DNA of 64,000 nt from a virus. The translations under genes were made by a program, and so were the position numbers. Each line of letters starts with the position of its first letter. Position 1 is the stretch's first letter. This document shows positions 1 through 9,472 of the stretch, in pieces. The stretch lies in IMG/VR virus record IMGVR_UViG_3300005573_000052; one strand, 5' to 3'. Below the pieces are notes generated by a model. The model had not been told where the DNA came from and did no database searches. It saw only the letters and a program-made list of their open reading frames with translations.

Positions 1-280
1 TCTCGACTGAAACGTCAAATACATCGCCTGCTGACGGAGGGGACGAAAGGGGGGTAGACCCATCCTTGGACTCGACGGTCCCATCCAGCAACCTCGCATA
101 AATCTCGCGCGCGCGCCGGGGCGATTTGCCCAGCACCTTGCCCACAACTTTGACCCCCTCCACTCTCGGCAACCCATTTACCAGCGTCTTGAGCGCGGCG
201 ATGAGTTCGGCGGAGTAGATGATGTTACCGCGAGAATCGGTGGAAATGGCAAGAGCTACAGGGGAGGTGAGGTCAGGCAT
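1..280 (-). CDS. hypothetical protein, 3' end outside window
   Basis: ATG at 280; open frame MPDLTSPVALAISTDSRG... runs to the window edge. Confidence 0.5.
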   Translation of the reverse strand, partial: MPDLTSPVALAISTDSRGNIIYSAELIAALKTLVNGLPRVEGVKVVGKVLGKSPRRAREIYARLLDGTVESKDGSTPLSSPPSAGDVFDVSVE

Positions 281-394
281 GGATGTGAAGGTGGGGGTAT
301 AACCGGGCGTAATGAGATGGTAAGAAATAAAGTGGTCGCCGCGAGGCCGCTGCCCGGCGGCTGCGGGATAGATACACGCGGGGAGAGGAGGTTT

Positions 395-853
395 TTAGGC
401 GTCGGGCAGCGCGTCGTCCAGATACTGGCCGGGGCCAAGAACCAGATGGTGAGTCGCCCGCGTCTCGTTCTCCATCTCGCCCAACCAGTTGTCCCAGTTA
501 GAGGCCAGTAGGATGACGAAAGACTCGGGGCTGCCGCGCTGGCGATACCGTTCCAGATATTCTGCTAGACACTGGCGTGCCGGGTAGCACACCGAAAACG
601 ACAGGTTGGCTTGAACTAGCGCGTTGCGGACGACAGAGTGAGACGAGGCCAGCACGGGACCTTCGAGGCAAGCAATGTGAAAGATGTAGTTCGCGGGGAA
701 CTCGGGGTTGGGCACCCTCGGAATCTCGCCGTGGGAAACCCAAGAGAACTGGGACGAGTCGGAGTCATGCCAGCCGCGCTTCTTGGCGGCGTAGCTCTTG
801 CCGATACCGGGGAAACCGCAGATGATCACTGGGTTATTGGGAGGGTTGGACAT
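395..853 (-). CDS. small P-loop NTPase/kinase-like protein
   Basis: Walker A IICGFPGIGKS near the N-terminus; start moved to MSNPP. Confidence 0.6.
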   Translation of the reverse strand: MSNPPNNPVIICGFPGIGKSYAAKKRGWHDSDSSQFSWVSHGEIPRVPNPEFPANYIFHIACLEGPVLASSHSVVRNALVQANLSFSVCYPARQCLAEYLERYRQRGSPESFVILLASNWDNWLGEMENETRATHHLVLGPGQYLDDALPDA

Positions 854-1638
854 GGGAGAGTGGCGTATGCGTTTTCGATGCGTTTCTTGGCGATGGCAAA
901 GTATCCCTCGTCGCGCTCGATTCCGATGAAGCGGCGTCCAGCGTTCACGCACGCCACGCCGGTTGTGCCGCTGCCCATCGTGTTGTCGAGGACCAGTTGT
1001 CCCTCGTTTGTATAGGTGCGGACGAGGTATTCCATCAGCGCAACGGGCTTTTGGGTGGGATGGTAATGGGGATCAGACGGAGCAATCCCATCAAACCGAA
1101 CAATGCTGCGCGGGTATTTGAGACCGCTCTGGTCCGTCGCCACCGTGTCACTCTCTCCGTGGTAAATATCTGACTTAGGGCGATACTTGCGCTGTCCGGG
1201 TTTGACCCCCGTCGAATTATTGGGCTTGCCCTGAGTGCGAACAGGATTATATGTCGGTTGGGACCCGTAAAACACAACCACATCTTCATGGAACTTGAGT
1301 GGACGCTTCTTGGCATCAAGAAAGCCCGTGCCCCGGTTCTTCTCCCATATCCAACAATAGCGGAACCAACTTGGGTTACTCATCACCAGCGCGCTCGTAA
1401 AAGGCTGACTCGCCGTCAGAACGATAGCTGCGCTTGGCTTGCACACACGCCAATACGCCTCCCACAACGGCACAAAGGGTATCACCGCGTCCCATTTACA
1501 GGCAGTGGTTCCATACGGCAAATCGCACATCACCATATCCACGGAGCCGTCCGGTATCTCGGTCATGCGCTCTAGGCAGTCGCCCAAGAGAAGGGTCCAA
1601 GACACAAGGGTAGAATTGACAGGGGGTGAATCGCTCAT
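826..1638 (-). CDS. DNA N6-adenine/N4-cytosine methyltransferase (beta-type motif order)
   Basis: DMVMCDLPYG catalytic motif, HPTQKPVAL, VLDNTMGSGTTG SAM motif. Confidence 0.9.
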   Translation of the reverse strand: MSDSPPVNSTLVSWTLLLGDCLERMTEIPDGSVDMVMCDLPYGTTACKWDAVIPFVPLWEAYWRVCKPSAAIVLTASQPFTSALVMSNPSWFRYCWIWEKNRGTGFLDAKKRPLKFHEDVVVFYGSQPTYNPVRTQGKPNNSTGVKPGQRKYRPKSDIYHGESDTVATDQSGLKYPRSIVRFDGIAPSDPHYHPTQKPVALMEYLVRTYTNEGQLVLDNTMGSGTTGVACVNAGRRFIGIERDEGYFAIAKKRIENAYATLPCPTLPITQ

Positions 1639-2054
1639 AAAATAATGCCAAACCGCTCCTCGAACAGCTCGGCTGACAGGGGGAAGTCAGTCTCGCACAC
1701 AATCTCGGCATACCGCCAGCCCATGATGCGGACCACCCAGTCCTCCTTCTTGATATCGCGCTTCAGGGCGTTCTGGAAACCGGCGAGCGACTTGTGGAAG
1801 AACGGATTGAAACTGTGGGAGGAGAATGGTGAAACCTCGACAACGATACCTTGGTTAACGTTAACTAGGTCAAGACGGAGGCGAGAACCGGGTATGGGTA
1901 GCTCCTCCAGCACGATATCGCGCTCCCAATAGGGCCGGAGAAACCGCTTGACCTCGCCTTGCGGGCCAGACACCTCCCGCTTCGGGTCCCAGTCGATGAG
2001 GTGGGGCTTGTGCGAGACGGTGCAGTCGCGGCCTTGAAGGTTGCGGAGGCGCAT
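1635..2054 (-). CDS. putative PD-(D/E)xK-type endonuclease
   Basis: RLDLVNVNQGIVVEV resembles a PD..ExK core; overlaps the MTase start. Confidence 0.5.
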   Translation of the reverse strand: MRLRNLQGRDCTVSHKPHLIDWDPKREVSGPQGEVKRFLRPYWERDIVLEELPIPGSRLRLDLVNVNQGIVVEVSPFSSHSFNPFFHKSLAGFQNALKRDIKKEDWVVRIMGWRYAEIVCETDFPLSAELFEERFGIIL

Positions 2055-2061
2055 GGGCGAC

Positions 2062-2268
2062 TTAGAACAATTCGCGCGAATCCGGCGCGGCGCGCGATAG
2101 GACGGGACGGGGAGTAACCGGCGGGGTATACCATGCGGCCAATGCCCGGAGAGCGCGGGGCAATGGGCTAACGGTTAGCTCGTCATCCAACTCGTAACGG
2201 CGCGCGGCGCGGGCGCATTCGGATGGTTCTTCGTCACCAGAGGTAGAATGGGGGTTGCAATCGGTCAT
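2062..2268 (-). CDS. hypothetical protein
   Basis: fills the gap in the minus-strand operon (MTDCNPH...). Confidence 0.4.
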   Translation of the reverse strand: MTDCNPHSTSGDEEPSECARAARRYELDDELTVSPLPRALRALAAWYTPPVTPRPVLSRAAPDSRELF

Positions 2269-2270
2269 GG

Positions 2271-2537
2271 TCAACCTCCGCCAATATGATTGGTCGCGTG
2301 CCCGTCTGGGTGGCGCGAAACGGACGCAACCCATTCGGACCCGTCATAGCAGGCCGGGAAGTATACCCAATTGGCAGTCCAGACCATGAACGGGCCTCCC
2401 TTGGCTCCCCCCCATCCGTCGTCAAATGTGCGGTCAAGTTGCTCGTCGGTCAGGGTGGAGGAGACAATGTCGCCCCAGACCTCCCCATGGGTGGTCAGCG
2501 CCTCGATCAGCACGGAACGCCAAGTGATGGTGCTCAT
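2271..2537 (-). CDS. hypothetical phage protein
   Basis: MSTITWRSVL...; operon packing. Confidence 0.6.
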   Translation of the reverse strand: MSTITWRSVLIEALTTHGEVWGDIVSSTLTDEQLDRTFDDGWGGAKGGPFMVWTANWVYFPACYDGSEWVASVSRHPDGHATNHIGGG

Positions 2538-2550
2538 GGAATGGTTGTGC

Positions 2551-3714
2551 TCACTTGCCCCCGACCATATCGCGGAACTTGGCGAAGAGGTAGTCGGCCA
2601 CGTCCTTGCGGGATTCCAGCAGGGCATAAAGCTGGTTCATGCCTTGGACCTTCTCGGGGATGTCGGAGAAGCCTTTGTCGGATAGCTCCTTGAGGAGGAC
2701 CGGGCTGAGCGTGAACCAACTGCCGCCCTTGGTAATCAAGCCCCAGAGAAGGAGCTGGTCGGCGATTTCTCGCTCACGCCAGATGGCAGACCCGTTAGCC
2801 ACCCCATACTTGATGGGGATTTCCACTGTGACATACCGCTTCTCAGCGCTGCTCTTCTGCAACTTGACCTTGAGGATATGCCCGAGCGCAGGATTGGTCA
2901 AGCGGTTGAGTCGCTCATCAGGGTTCTTAAGAATCAGGTCGCCCTCATACCAGTTGAGGAACTCGGCGGTCTCGTTTGCATTGTGGCTGATAGAATTCCC
3001 GCCTGAGCTGTTACCTTGACGCGGCGGGGTCTTATCATACATATTGAGCTTGATTTCTGCCGTAACCTGAGAGATAAAAAATGCGATATGGCCCATCTCG
3101 TTGAGAGCCTGACCCATGCGCTGGAACATCTGAGCGGTCAACTTGGGTGCGCCAGCCACCCGTGCCTCCTCGTCGGTAGCCTTGTTGCGGTCATTCCGCA
3201 GAATCATATTGTTGAGCGAGTCAGTCACAAAAGCATAGCGACACTTGGTGGGGTTGTTCATGACGAGGTCACGCATCATGTCGATCCACGTCTCATAGAC
3301 ACTGTTTTTGAAGATGAGGATGGTGCCGGGAACCCAGTCCTTGGCGTCCGTAACGAGAGGGTGGCGGGCGCGGGCCATGTTCTTGGTGCTGAATCGCCCC
3401 TCTGCCTTGCACCATACCGCCCGACTACCGGGCACCTCGTCAAGGAACGTGTCCACCACATTGAGGACAAACGGGGTCTTACCCAGATTCGGTCCGCCAA
3501 GAATTCGATGTGCTCCTTCAGAAAATCCGCCGATTTCCATGTCAAGATTGAGTGAGCCCGAGGAAACGCGAAACGGAGGAACGGTCTCAGTTAGGTTGTA
3601 ATGGTCCTCGGCAGTCTTCTTGAGGTAAGCCTCCATCTGTGCGGTCGGGTCAAGGACCTTCTTGTCATCGGTCTTCTCGGGGGCGGGCTTAGCGGTGGAT
3701 TTGGGATTGGCCAT
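2551..3714 (-). CDS. recA: RecA/UvsX-like recombinase
   Basis: GSLNLDMEIGG, Walker A GGPNLGKT, AEGR, VTDSL Walker B, FISQV, GGSWF. Confidence 0.85.
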   Translation of the reverse strand: MANPKSTAKPAPEKTDDKKVLDPTAQMEAYLKKTAEDHYNLTETVPPFRVSSGSLNLDMEIGGFSEGAHRILGGPNLGKTPFVLNVVDTFLDEVPGSRAVWCKAEGRFSTKNMARARHPLVTDAKDWVPGTILIFKNSVYETWIDMMRDLVMNNPTKCRYAFVTDSLNNMILRNDRNKATDEEARVAGAPKLTAQMFQRMGQALNEMGHIAFFISQVTAEIKLNMYDKTPPRQGNSSGGNSISHNANETAEFLNWYEGDLILKNPDERLNRLTNPALGHILKVKLQKSSAEKRYVTVEIPIKYGVANGSAIWREREIADQLLLWGLITKGGSWFTLSPVLLKELSDKGFSDIPEKVQGMNQLYALLESRKDVADYLFAKFRDMVGGK

Positions 3715-3761
3715 AAAAAGGAAAGGGTGAAAACAGTAGTATGAAGGGGTGGCAAAAAAAA

Positions 3762-4214
3762 TCAGGACCTGAGAAACTCCGCCACGGTGCGCGGGCGCAC
3801 GGGGGGCGGTCCAGCATAACGATAGTCACTTGGGCTGGCCGTGTCAACATCTAAAACCGGGGAAGAGTCGGTTGGAACTGCCCCGGGTTCCGGTTCAGGC
3901 GTGACCGGAAAGTCAAAGTAAAAGAGTAACCAGTCGCTGGCTAGCTGCTCGGCCCCCTCAGGCGTCCGAAACCACAGCATGGAATTGAGGCTTTGCGCCC
4001 CGAAGGGCAACTCGTGGTGCTGCCAAAAGTGCAGTTCCGGGTAGGTCTTCCAGAGCCCGTGCCATGTCGATATCTCACGCGCCCAGTCCGGTCCCTTAAA
4101 CCGCTCGAAAACCTCGGGCTTGATGTAGCGGGCAAGGATGGCCGTGATGATCTTGCGCGGGGGAGCTTTGGGGACAGGGGAGTCACTCACGCCTCGTCCT
4201 CCACGTCCACCCAT
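3762..4214 (-). CDS. hypothetical protein
   Basis: ORF track; operon packing. Confidence 0.6.
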   Translation of the reverse strand: MGGRGGRGVSDSPVPKAPPRKIITAILARYIKPEVFERFKGPDWAREISTWHGLWKTYPELHFWQHHELPFGAQSLNSMLWFRTPEGAEQLASDWLLFYFDFPVTPEPEPGAVPTDSSPVLDVDTASPSDYRYAGPPPVRPRTVAEFLRS

Positions 4215-4630
4215 GTCAATTCACCCGGTTCGCCATCCTTGTCTGCCACGATTCGCACGCGTTTGATGGTGGCCCTGTATCCCGCCACCGGGAACCGCTT
4301 ACCCGCCAAAGCCTCCCGGAAACGACGGCGGAGCTGAGTGAGATTCCATCCGCGCCACTCGATTTGGTGCTGCTCGCTGTTGCGCTCAAGTCGGCCATCC
4401 ACCACCGCGTCGATGCAGGCGCTCTCGATAAGCGACGAGGGGTCAGAGTCGCTGTTCTCACGGATAACCGGTTCGAGCATTAGGCACGGACGCCCGAACT
4501 CGTAGCCCTCGTTTTGCCATGTGAGCACGTCGAAGGTCAGTTCATCGCCTTCCCGGATTCCTAACCAATCGCCAGAGCGCAACGTCTCTGCCGGTCCGTC
4601 CTCGGTCGTTTGTTTTTCTGTGCTGCTCAT
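4187..4630 (-). CDS. hypothetical protein, paralog A
   Basis: near-identical core to 4952..5353. Confidence 0.75.
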   Translation of the reverse strand: MSSTEKQTTEDGPAETLRSGDWLGIREGDELTFDVLTWQNEGYEFGRPCLMLEPVIRENSDSDPSSLIESACIDAVVDGRLERNSEQHQIEWRGWNLTQLRRRFREALAGKRFPVAGYRATIKRVRIVADKDGEPGELTWVDVEDEA

Positions 4631-5320
4631 AGTGGTTTGGTTTTCGCGGCAGAGCCGTGGCTCATCTCAGTGTTCGGCAGAGGCGGAATGGCCCCCGCTT
4701 TTTCAAGGGCGTTTATCACCCGTGGCAAAATGCGAAATGCGTCCGCGTCTGCCTTCGGTCCGTTGTAAAACTCGAAATGCAGCGTCAGCAGTAGCTCGCG
4801 TGTATTCTCCGGTAGGTCCGTCCGTTCGGTTGGATAAAAGTTGGACGTGCGATCAAAGACGGAGCCGAACCCACCGCCAGAGCCAATGACCACAGACTGT
4901 CCGTGGTCGGACGATTGTCCGGCTGTCAGAGCCGCCGGTGTGCTGCTGTGGTCATTGCTCATCGGAATTGTTAGGAAGATCGACCCAAGAAAGGTCCCCG
5001 TGCTTGTCGCGCACGATTTTCACGCGCTTGCGGGTCGCTCGGTAGCCCGCCACCGGAAAGCGTTTGCCAGCCAGCGCCTCGTTGAAGCGGCGGCGCTTCT
5101 GTTCCAGATTCCAGCCGCGCCACTCGATTTGTTGCTGCTCGTTGTTTCGCACGAGTCGGCCATCCACCACGGCGTCGATGCACACGCTTTCGATGAGCGA
5201 TTCCGGGTCGGAGTCGCTGTTCTCGCGGATTACCGGCGCGAGCATCAGGCACGGACGCCCGAACTCGTAGCCCTCATGCTGCCAAGTGAGGACCTTGAAG
5301 GTCAGGATGTCGCCTTCGCG
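4255..5320. repeat. direct repeat of ~290 bp (paralog cores)
   Basis: identical 28-mer GGCACGGACGCCCGAACTCGTAGCCCTC at 4483-4510 and 5248-5275. Confidence 0.85.
4627..4962 (-). CDS. hypothetical protein
   Basis: lies between the paralogs with overlapping start/stop. Confidence 0.5.
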   Translation of the reverse strand: MSNDHSSTPAALTAGQSSDHGQSVVIGSGGGFGSVFDRTSNFYPTERTDLPENTRELLLTLHFEFYNGPKADADAFRILPRVINALEKAGAIPPLPNTEMSHGSAAKTKPL

Positions 5321-5353
5321 GATGGGGAGGTAGAGGGATGAGTCGTCGGCCAT
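4952..5353 (-). CDS. hypothetical protein, paralog B
   Basis: shares LTWQxEGYEFGRPCLML...IEWRGWNL...ALAGKRFPVAGYRAT with paralog A. Confidence 0.75.
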   Translation of the reverse strand: MADDSSLYLPIREGDILTFKVLTWQHEGYEFGRPCLMLAPVIRENSDSDPESLIESVCIDAVVDGRLVRNNEQQQIEWRGWNLEQKRRRFNEALAGKRFPVAGYRATRKRVKIVRDKHGDLSWVDLPNNSDEQ

Positions 5354-5360
5354 GGTCGCG

Positions 5361-5603
5361 TCAAACCACCTTGGTCACCCGGTTGGTCTCACCGTCCACA
5401 ATCAGTGTCAATTCACGCCGGTTCAGCCACTTGTCCCGGGTAGGGCGGAGAGCCCGGAGAGCGGCCTTGTCCACGCCACCCGCGCCATAGTAGACCACGG
5501 CGCACTGCTGTTTGTGCGTCATGGCGATGGACAGGGCCTCGTCCACGGTGAGACCGACGAGGACGCGGCGGAGGGCGGGGAGAGGGAGTTTGGGGGCGGG
5601 CAT
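5361..5603 (-). CDS. hypothetical protein
   Basis: operon packing. Confidence 0.6.
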   Translation of the reverse strand: MPAPKLPLPALRRVLVGLTVDEALSIAMTHKQQCAVVYYGAGGVDKAALRALRPTRDKWLNRRELTLIVDGETNRVTKVV

Positions 5604-5605
5604 GA

Positions 5606-6646
5606 TCAGGGATAAAGGTTAAACACGTCCGGGCGCGGCATTTTCTGCCCAGTCTCCTCCAAGTGGTAATCCGCCCTGCACATGAGTCTCATATGGTCCC
5701 CGAACGACATCCGCGACGGCTTCCACCCCAGCTTCTCGACCGCCTTGGCTGGGTTACCAACCAGCTTGACCACCTCGTTCGGGCGCAAACGGGTTTTGTC
5801 CAGCTTGACATACTTGCGCCAGTCAAGATTGAAGTGTCCAAAGGCCGCATCAAGGAACTGCTCGCCATGGAAACACTCGCCCCGACAGATGACAAAGGTC
5901 TCGGGGGTCGGGAGTTGGAGCATCTTCCACATCATCTCGCAGCCAAAGTCGCTCCAGTGCTCATCCCGGTAAAAATCGAGGGAGCCTAAGGTGAGTTCAT
6001 CCTGCTTGCCCAACGCAATCCGTGCTGCACCGTTGGTGACACGGCGGACGTAGAAGGATAGATTTCGGTCGCAGTTGGAGTGGTTAAAAAGCACCCCATA
6101 GGTCGCGAACATGCCCATCTGCCGGTAATACTTGACCCAACGGGTGCCAAGCTCCTTGCCGATGGCATAGGGGGAACGACACTCGTATTCGGAGGTCTCG
6201 TCAAAAGGGCAGCGAGAGGGGTCTCCACCCAACAGCTCACTGGTCGCCGCGAAGTAGACCCGGGTGGACCGGGACAGATTGTAGAGTGAGTCGAGAAAGT
6301 AAAACACGCTCATACCGTCACAGAGCACCGTGCTCTCGGCGGAAGTGAAGGAAAGACCGACGTGAGACTGAGCGGCAAGCAGATAGACTTCGTCAATCCG
6401 CGCGAATCGCTCCAACACGCCGATTATCAGGGACTTGACCGAGCCGCCGTCAGACACGTCGCAGTGCTCTAGGTGCAATGCCGGATGGTTGCCATGCTCG
6501 GCCTTTACCGAGTCCAAATTCAGGTTAGCGGTTTTGCGATAGGTGCCGATTACGGTGTAGCCCTTGGATAGGAGAAGGGAGGTAAGGGCAGAGGCATCCA
6601 TACCGGTGATGCCTGTGATGAGCGCGGTTTTGCTCGCTCCACTCAT
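5606..6646 (-). CDS. gmd: GDP-mannose 4,6-dehydratase
   Basis: KTALITGITGMDASAL, YLLAAQSHV, RVYFAATSEL, SPYAIGK, LFNH, RLRPNEV; start at MSGASK. Confidence 0.9.
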   Translation of the reverse strand: MSGASKTALITGITGMDASALTSLLLSKGYTVIGTYRKTANLNLDSVKAEHGNHPALHLEHCDVSDGGSVKSLIIGVLERFARIDEVYLLAAQSHVGLSFTSAESTVLCDGMSVFYFLDSLYNLSRSTRVYFAATSELLGGDPSRCPFDETSEYECRSPYAIGKELGTRWVKYYRQMGMFATYGVLFNHSNCDRNLSFYVRRVTNGAARIALGKQDELTLGSLDFYRDEHWSDFGCEMMWKMLQLPTPETFVICRGECFHGEQFLDAAFGHFNLDWRKYVKLDKTRLRPNEVVKLVGNPAKAVEKLGWKPSRMSFGDHMRLMCRADYHLEETGQKMPRPDVFNLYP

Positions 6647-6936
6647 ACCCCGCCCTCCCGGGCCATTTCCTCGGCACTCACCACCGGGACATCCCGCCAT
6701 TCCTCGCGCAGGTAGAACCAGCCGGTGCGGTCCGGGGTATATCCCCATAGCTCGCCCTGAGTTGGTTGGCTGTCACGGCGCACGTCGCCGTCCTGCACGA
6801 CCCAAAGCTGTTGAAGCCGCCATGGGATGATCCAACCCGGGCCAGTTTCTGCTTCTACCCAACGCAAACCGTTGGTCAGGTGCTCGAAACGGGGAATGTC
6901 GGGGGGCGGGGAGACGAGGGGAGGAGTGTCGGTCAT
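6643..6936 (-). CDS. hypothetical protein
   Basis: ATGA overlaps on both sides. Confidence 0.55.
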   Translation of the reverse strand: MTDTPPLVSPPPDIPRFEHLTNGLRWVEAETGPGWIIPWRLQQLWVVQDGDVRRDSQPTQGELWGYTPDRTGWFYLREEWRDVPVVSAEEMAREGGV

Positions 6937-7382
6937 GAAGAAAATGAGGGGTTAGAGGTGAGCAGCTCGGGGTTCTCGTGAATATTGCCGATGACTACAA
7001 TATCGTCGTTAGTCGTATAATCGCCTCCGACCAAAAATCTTGACAAGAGCCGGTCCGACTCAACCTGATATTCGACCACCGAAATGTAGAAACGGTCATC
7101 TGCTACCCCCGGAGTATCACGAGGGTAGCGAACGATATCGCCCTCATAGATATCCCGGCCATTGCGGTCGGTCAAACCCGTGAACATCTCAATCTCCCTG
7201 CCGAAACCCGCGAGACGACACACACCCGGTTCCGGGTGCAACCAGCCGATTTCGATTCGCGGGTCATCAACCCAATGGTCTACGTGCCAGACGCGGAACT
7301 TGATGACTCGGATGTTATCGGGAGTGCTCATAATAGGTGCTGCTATCTCACCATAATAGCCCAATTGGGCTGCTTGCGTCAA
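6933..7382 (-). CDS. YopX-family phage protein
   Basis: IKFRVW, MFTGLTDRNGRDIYEGDIV, VIGNIHENPELL. Confidence 0.8.
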   Translation of the reverse strand: MTQAAQLGYYGEIAAPIMSTPDNIRVIKFRVWHVDHWVDDPRIEIGWLHPEPGVCRLAGFGREIEMFTGLTDRNGRDIYEGDIVRYPRDTPGVADDRFYISVVEYQVESDRLLSRFLVGGDYTTNDDIVVIGNIHENPELLTSNPSFSS

Positions 7383-7385
7383 CCA

Positions 7386-7808
7386 CTAAATCTGCGCCAG
7401 TATCTCGGAACTCGCCCGAATCTTGGCTCCCAGCCCATCCACGATAGCTATCCCCAACTCACAACACACCACCGCCTCGGGTATTTCGCCCGCGAACCTG
7501 TCGCCGCCCTTGGCGAAGATATATCGGTGGGAATCGCCCAATTCGGCGCGGATGAGACGGATGGTAGCGCAGACGCTCTTGTCCTCGTCCACCGACAGCA
7601 CCACATCATCCACCATGGCCAGCGACCGGACTATCTCTAGCCGATCCTCCTGCGATTGAAACGACTTGGAACCCTTGAGCGCGACTTGGTAGTCCGAGTT
7701 GACGATGACTATCAGTGTGTCGCCCAGCTCCTTGGCGCGCCAAAGGTAGTCGAGATGGCCAATGTGAAGGGGGTTGAAGTAGCCTGAGGCGATAACAATC
7801 GTGGACAT
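7386..7808 (-). CDS. cytidylyl/adenylyltransferase (HIGH-motif nucleotidyltransferase)
   Basis: ASGYFNPLHIGH, LIVIVNSD, FAKGGDR. Confidence 0.85.
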   Translation of the reverse strand: MSTIVIASGYFNPLHIGHLDYLWRAKELGDTLIVIVNSDYQVALKGSKSFQSQEDRLEIVRSLAMVDDVVLSVDEDKSVCATIRLIRAELGDSHRYIFAKGGDRFAGEIPEAVVCCELGIAIVDGLGAKIRASSEILAQI

Positions 7809-7840
7809 GAGGGGCAACAGATGGAGAAGTGGTTAGACCC

Positions 7841-7869
7841 ATGATAGCTCTGTCACCCACTCCTGTCAA
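7841..7869 (-). promoter_or_regulatory. sigma70-type promoter
   Basis: TTGACA-N17-TATCAT on minus strand. Confidence 0.7.
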
Positions 7870-7896
7870 CCACGCCAATTCGCGCGAAACGGGTGA

Positions 7897-8490
7897 CTAA
7901 GCCCAGCCCCACCGCTTCAACACCCGATAAACCTGCCAAAACACACCCTTGAACCAGTCGCACCGCCGGTAGTTCTCCTCCCCGTTCAGGTATAGCGGAA
8001 GCCATGCGTGCAACACCCTGACGCGCACCTTGGCAGACCCCGACAAATCCAAAGCCACGTTGTAGGTCCGTTCGTCAGACTGGTCCGACCAATTACCCAA
8101 GTCCACGTCGGTTTCACTGCCACCCCGGATAACGCGCCCGTGCACGGTGATATCATGAGAACCGCCCTTGATAGTGGCGACGAACAGGCCGCCCGACACC
8201 CAGTCATCCGCGTAGACCTCGATATGGTGGGAGCCGTTGTTGATGTCCAAGCAGTCCTCGCGCCCGCCCGGCAGCACGCCCCGCACAATGATGCGCAGAT
8301 AGGAGCAGTTGGACACCTTGATGGTATCGCTGTGCTGGCCGCTAGGCGGATCGAAATAGCCATTGCGTCCGGTGTCGGGGTGACCCGAGACAAACCATTG
8401 CGGCCCGGTGGTATCAACCTCCACGACCAACCAATTGCCAAGGCTGCCATGCCAGCCCGCGAAATCAAGGGGGGCGTAGTTGATGTCCAT
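7897..8490 (-). CDS. hypothetical protein, possibly beta-helix-like
   Basis: repeating short beta motifs (EDCLDINNGSHHIEV, TIKGGSHDITV). Confidence 0.55.
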   Translation of the reverse strand: MDINYAPLDFAGWHGSLGNWLVVEVDTTGPQWFVSGHPDTGRNGYFDPPSGQHSDTIKVSNCSYLRIIVRGVLPGGREDCLDINNGSHHIEVYADDWVSGGLFVATIKGGSHDITVHGRVIRGGSETDVDLGNWSDQSDERTYNVALDLSGSAKVRVRVLHAWLPLYLNGEENYRRCDWFKGVFWQVYRVLKRWGWA

Positions 8491-8516
8491 GTGGCCTAAG
8501 GTGGCGAGGAATCTCC

Positions 8517-9017
8517 CTAACCCGCCATCTGGAACGGCGACGTGGAATAGGAAATGAAGGGCTTGACAGCCTCGAAGGTGTCAACGCTCATCCGCTTGCG
8601 CTTGGTGTGCCGTGCACTGGCCACGGCCTCAGTTTGCGCGAGATGGCGCGAATGGACAAAATGAATGCGGCTGAGCAGGGTTGAAGGAGAAAGGCCCGGT
8701 TTGGTGAGATAGTCATTGGCTCCAGCTCTCGCTGCGGCGGCAAGAATGGCGGGTTCAACCACCCCGCTGACCACCACCATGGGGATGCGATAGGGGGCTA
8801 GCGCCTCCACCGCCTCTACGTCGCGCGCATCGGGCAAGATCAGGTCTACCAGCAAGATATCATAACTAGGGGCGGTGGAGGAGCTTAACCGTTCCCGAGC
8901 CTCCGCCAACGTCCCAACGCAATCAACCGCTATCTCGTTCTCACCCAGCGTGGTTTGAACGAATTTGCACACCTCAACCGAGTCTTCAACGTAAAGCACG
9001 CGCATGGGGAAAGTCAT
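8517..9017 (-). CDS. stand-alone response regulator receiver-domain protein
   Basis: RVLYVEDS, YDILLVDLILPD (phospho-Asp), VVVSG, GANDYLTKP. Confidence 0.85.
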   Translation of the reverse strand: MTFPMRVLYVEDSVEVCKFVQTTLGENEIAVDCVGTLAEARERLSSSTAPSYDILLVDLILPDARDVEAVEALAPYRIPMVVVSGVVEPAILAAAARAGANDYLTKPGLSPSTLLSRIHFVHSRHLAQTEAVASARHTKRKRMSVDTFEAVKPFISYSTSPFQMAG

Positions 9018-9439
9018 TGGCCCGTAAAGGTCTTATAAAGTTGGATGGCGAAAGCGAGGAACCCTGACAATCCCATGCCAATGGCAGCAATGAGCTTCCA
9101 GCCCTGAAGCAGGCTTTTCTTGTCGTCCTGTAGCTCCTTGATGTCCGATTCAGCTCTGAGTAACCGACCATTCGTCCGGCGAACCTGAAAATGAGTCTGG
9201 ATCAGTGCGTCAACCAGCCACTTATCATATTGACCACCAACGGATAGCTCATGCATGATATGCTTATCCTGAGGAGAGGCGTCTTCAAGAAGATGTTCTG
9301 GAATTTGACTCTTGAACTCTCCCGGTGGGGTCAAGACGGGATAAGTTGAATCGGGGATGGTTTTGTCAGAGGAGTCAGATTGGCTCATGGCATGGGAGTG
9401 GGGTGAAACGAAGAGGGTAGTAGAGACCTTCATATACAC
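9014..9439 (-). CDS. membrane-anchored protein, holin-like candidate
   Basis: coiled coil then a single C-terminal TM helix; GGTGTATA motif at its 5' end. Confidence 0.55.
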   Translation of the reverse strand: MYMKVSTTLFVSPHSHAMSQSDSSDKTIPDSTYPVLTPPGEFKSQIPEHLLEDASPQDKHIMHELSVGGQYDKWLVDALIQTHFQVRRTNGRLLRAESDIKELQDDKKSLLQGWKLIAAIGMGLSGFLAFAIQLYKTFTGQ

Positions 9440-9472
9440 CGCCCGAACGCCCCAAACGGCGCGAACTGGATG

